A DNA stretch of 40,800 bases from a virus (taxonomy: Duplodnaviria > Heunggongvirae > Uroviricota > Caudoviricetes), in IMG/VR virus record IMGVR_UViG_2571042621_000026. One strand, written 5' to 3'. The translations under genes were made by a program, and so were the position numbers. How positions within the stretch are numbered: position 1 is the first letter of the stretch; every line of letters starts with the position of its first letter. This document shows positions 39,384 through 40,800 of the stretch, one piece after another. The notes beneath the pieces were generated by a model. It did no database searches, was not told the DNA's origin, and saw only the letters and a program-made list of their open reading frames with translations.

Positions 39384-40232
39384 CTATTGGCGAAGTGGCC
39401 ATATTTTTCTGTTTTTTAAAAAACTATCTTCAACTATATAACTGCAACAATGTTCACTAAGGCCATAAAAACTAATTATTCCATATTTATGAGAAGCTAT
39501 ATCAGACAGTTCTGCTAATACTGTGGCAAGCCAACGAGCGATGCTAAGAGAATAGAATCTTCCCCACTTTTGAACAATGGTATTTTGTCCAGTACGGATG
39601 GAGGATGATATAAGGTCTTGCATAATGTTGGTACTTTCATTCATATACATGACCGTTGTATACGGTGAAAGAGTGGCATTGATAAACCTAGCATTTTCTT
39701 CAACACGTCTTTGTTCAACTGTATAATAATAATAATGTTTTTCAAGGATACTCTCGGCTACTTCTCCCCACCATTTATTAATAGGTTCATTATTGGTTAA
39801 ATTGGGGCTGCTTAATGAGGAGAAATTTGCGTAACGTCCCCGTCGGGCATCAGCAAAGGAATCTAAACATTCAAGTATTTTGTAGGTAATTTTATGTGTA
39901 GGACGTGAATATCTCAGAGATAGTTGCATTTTTTTAGAAATACTATCAACCTCGTTGGTTAATTCAATGAGCTTATGTCCAAATTTTCTTACAATATTCT
40001 CGTCAGGCATTTTCCCTTTGTGTTCAATGGAATAGTGTGCAACAAGTATTAGTTTAGCAAGTCTCTCAAAACCTACAGAAAGCCCAAAAAATGCTGTGTA
40101 ATATTCACCTATTTTGTCTGCATAATTGGCTTTACCTATGGCTGTTGCCCCAGAACCAATGAGCTGTGTAACTAAAGATGCTTCTCGGCCCAGAGCGTGC
40201 CATGCTGGAATATCCCAGGGATTTTTATTCAC
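39384..40232 (-). CDS. Hypothetical protein in the AT-rich cargo block
   Basis: 282-aa ORF. GTG start at 40232 with AAGGA 10 nt upstream. Low GC. No motif recognised. Confidence 0.5.
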   Translation of the reverse strand: MNKNPWDIPAWHALGREASLVTQLIGSGATAIGKANYADKIGEYYTAFFGLSVGFERLAKLILVAHYSIEHKGKMPDENIVRKFGHKLIELTNEVDSISKKMQLSLRYSRPTHKITYKILECLDSFADARRGRYANFSSLSSPNLTNNEPINKWWGEVAESILEKHYYYYTVEQRRVEENARFINATLSPYTTVMYMNESTNIMQDLISSSIRTGQNTIVQKWGRFYSLSIARWLATVLAELSDIASHKYGIISFYGLSEHCCSYIVEDSFLKNRKIWPLRQ

Positions 40233-40360
40233 TTTATTATTTTCCTTTGCTCATAAATTTAAATTGTTTGAGTATCTCATAAAATATAGGGAGGTGGTTA
40301 AGGTTGTTGATCGCATATAATAGCTATTGAAAGTCAAGAACTCGGTTTTATGTTCTACCA

Positions 40361-40399
40361 CTAATTAATATATTGTGAGTCTGACAATATATTAATTAG
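40361..40399. promoter_or_regulatory. Perfect 16-bp inverted repeat, candidate operator
   Basis: CTAATTAATATATTGT-gagtctg-ACAATATATTAATTAG in the intergenic region upstream of the 282-aa gene. Confidence 0.4.
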
Positions 40400-40533
40400 T
40401 ATGATCAAACCAGCCATCAACTGATTCCTTGTATCTTTCAGAGTCTCCAGAACAAAAGCCTTAACGAATTCCTTATTTGTGAGTGCCTTACCAAAAGCCC
40501 ATTGTTGCAGGGAACGAGTATAAAACTCGCCAG

Positions 40534-40800
40534 CTACTGGAGCAGGCTACCTGATTGTCGATCGATTCCTGCGTCCATATAGTCGATGGTCTTCTGGAGC
40601 TCTTCGATTAGGGCAATAGCTTTTGCTCGAGAAATGCATATTAGTTGATCCGGAAATTCTTGTAAGGGCCAGTTTGGTATACAGGCCATGTTATCAGTGA
40701 AGGATGCAGACAAGTAAACTTCATTGGTAACTAGGGAATAGCTTACCTCAAAATTGGTGAGTTCCGGCAAACTGCTAACGTTTGATTCTTTTCTGCGCAT
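40534..40800 (-). CDS. Hypothetical protein, possibly 5'-truncated by the window edge
   Basis: 88-aa minus-strand ORF whose ATG coincides with the last 3 bases of the window. AT-rich. Confidence 0.35.
   Translation of the reverse strand: MRRKESNVSSLPELTNFEVSYSLVTNEVYLSASFTDNMACIPNWPLQEFPDQLICISRAKAIALIEELQKTIDYMDAGIDRQSGSLLQ

Overview
Almost the whole window is one temperate, mosaic prophage of about 39 kb, inserted upstream of a host ferredoxin gene (yfhL-like, 1..261, minus strand). The family and gene names below are recalled from the translated ORFs by eye; no database search or folding was run.

Layout, left to right:
- Integration module: tyrosine integrase and an AlpA-like excisionase/regulator.
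- Leftward early operon: SNF2-like helicase, VRR-NUC nuclease, DUF4406-like protein, family-A DNA polymerase, DUF2815-like SSB, DUF2800-like nuclease.
- Immunity switch: divergent CI-like (HTH + S24 peptidase) and Cro-like genes.
- Rightward operon: P4-type primase/helicase, an origin-like iteron array, Q-type antiterminator.
- Lysis cassette: holin, a lambda R-like endolysin, Rz with embedded Rz1.
- Packaging and head: small and large terminase, portal, Mu F-like head morphogenesis protein, scaffold, capsid.
- Mu/P2-like contractile tail: sheath, tube, chaperone with a -1 frameshift, tape measure, baseplate hub, V, W, J and I proteins.
- Tail-fibre host-range switch: an invertible segment flanked by gix-like inverted repeats, next to a truncated Gin/Pin-type invertase.

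Several low-GC accessory insertions (morons) of unknown function interrupt these modules, and these are the best candidates for a previously undescribed system:
- a membrane protein at 3482..4084;
- a convergent gene pair at 7115..8439;
- a 113-aa gene in the Q to lysis gap;
- a secreted-protein plus membrane-protein cassette at 33374..34048 inside the baseplate cluster;
- an AT-rich block at about 39330..40800 that replaces the 3' half of the invertase gene and carries a 282-aa protein and a perfect 16-bp palindrome.

No tRNA, rRNA or CRISPR array was seen.
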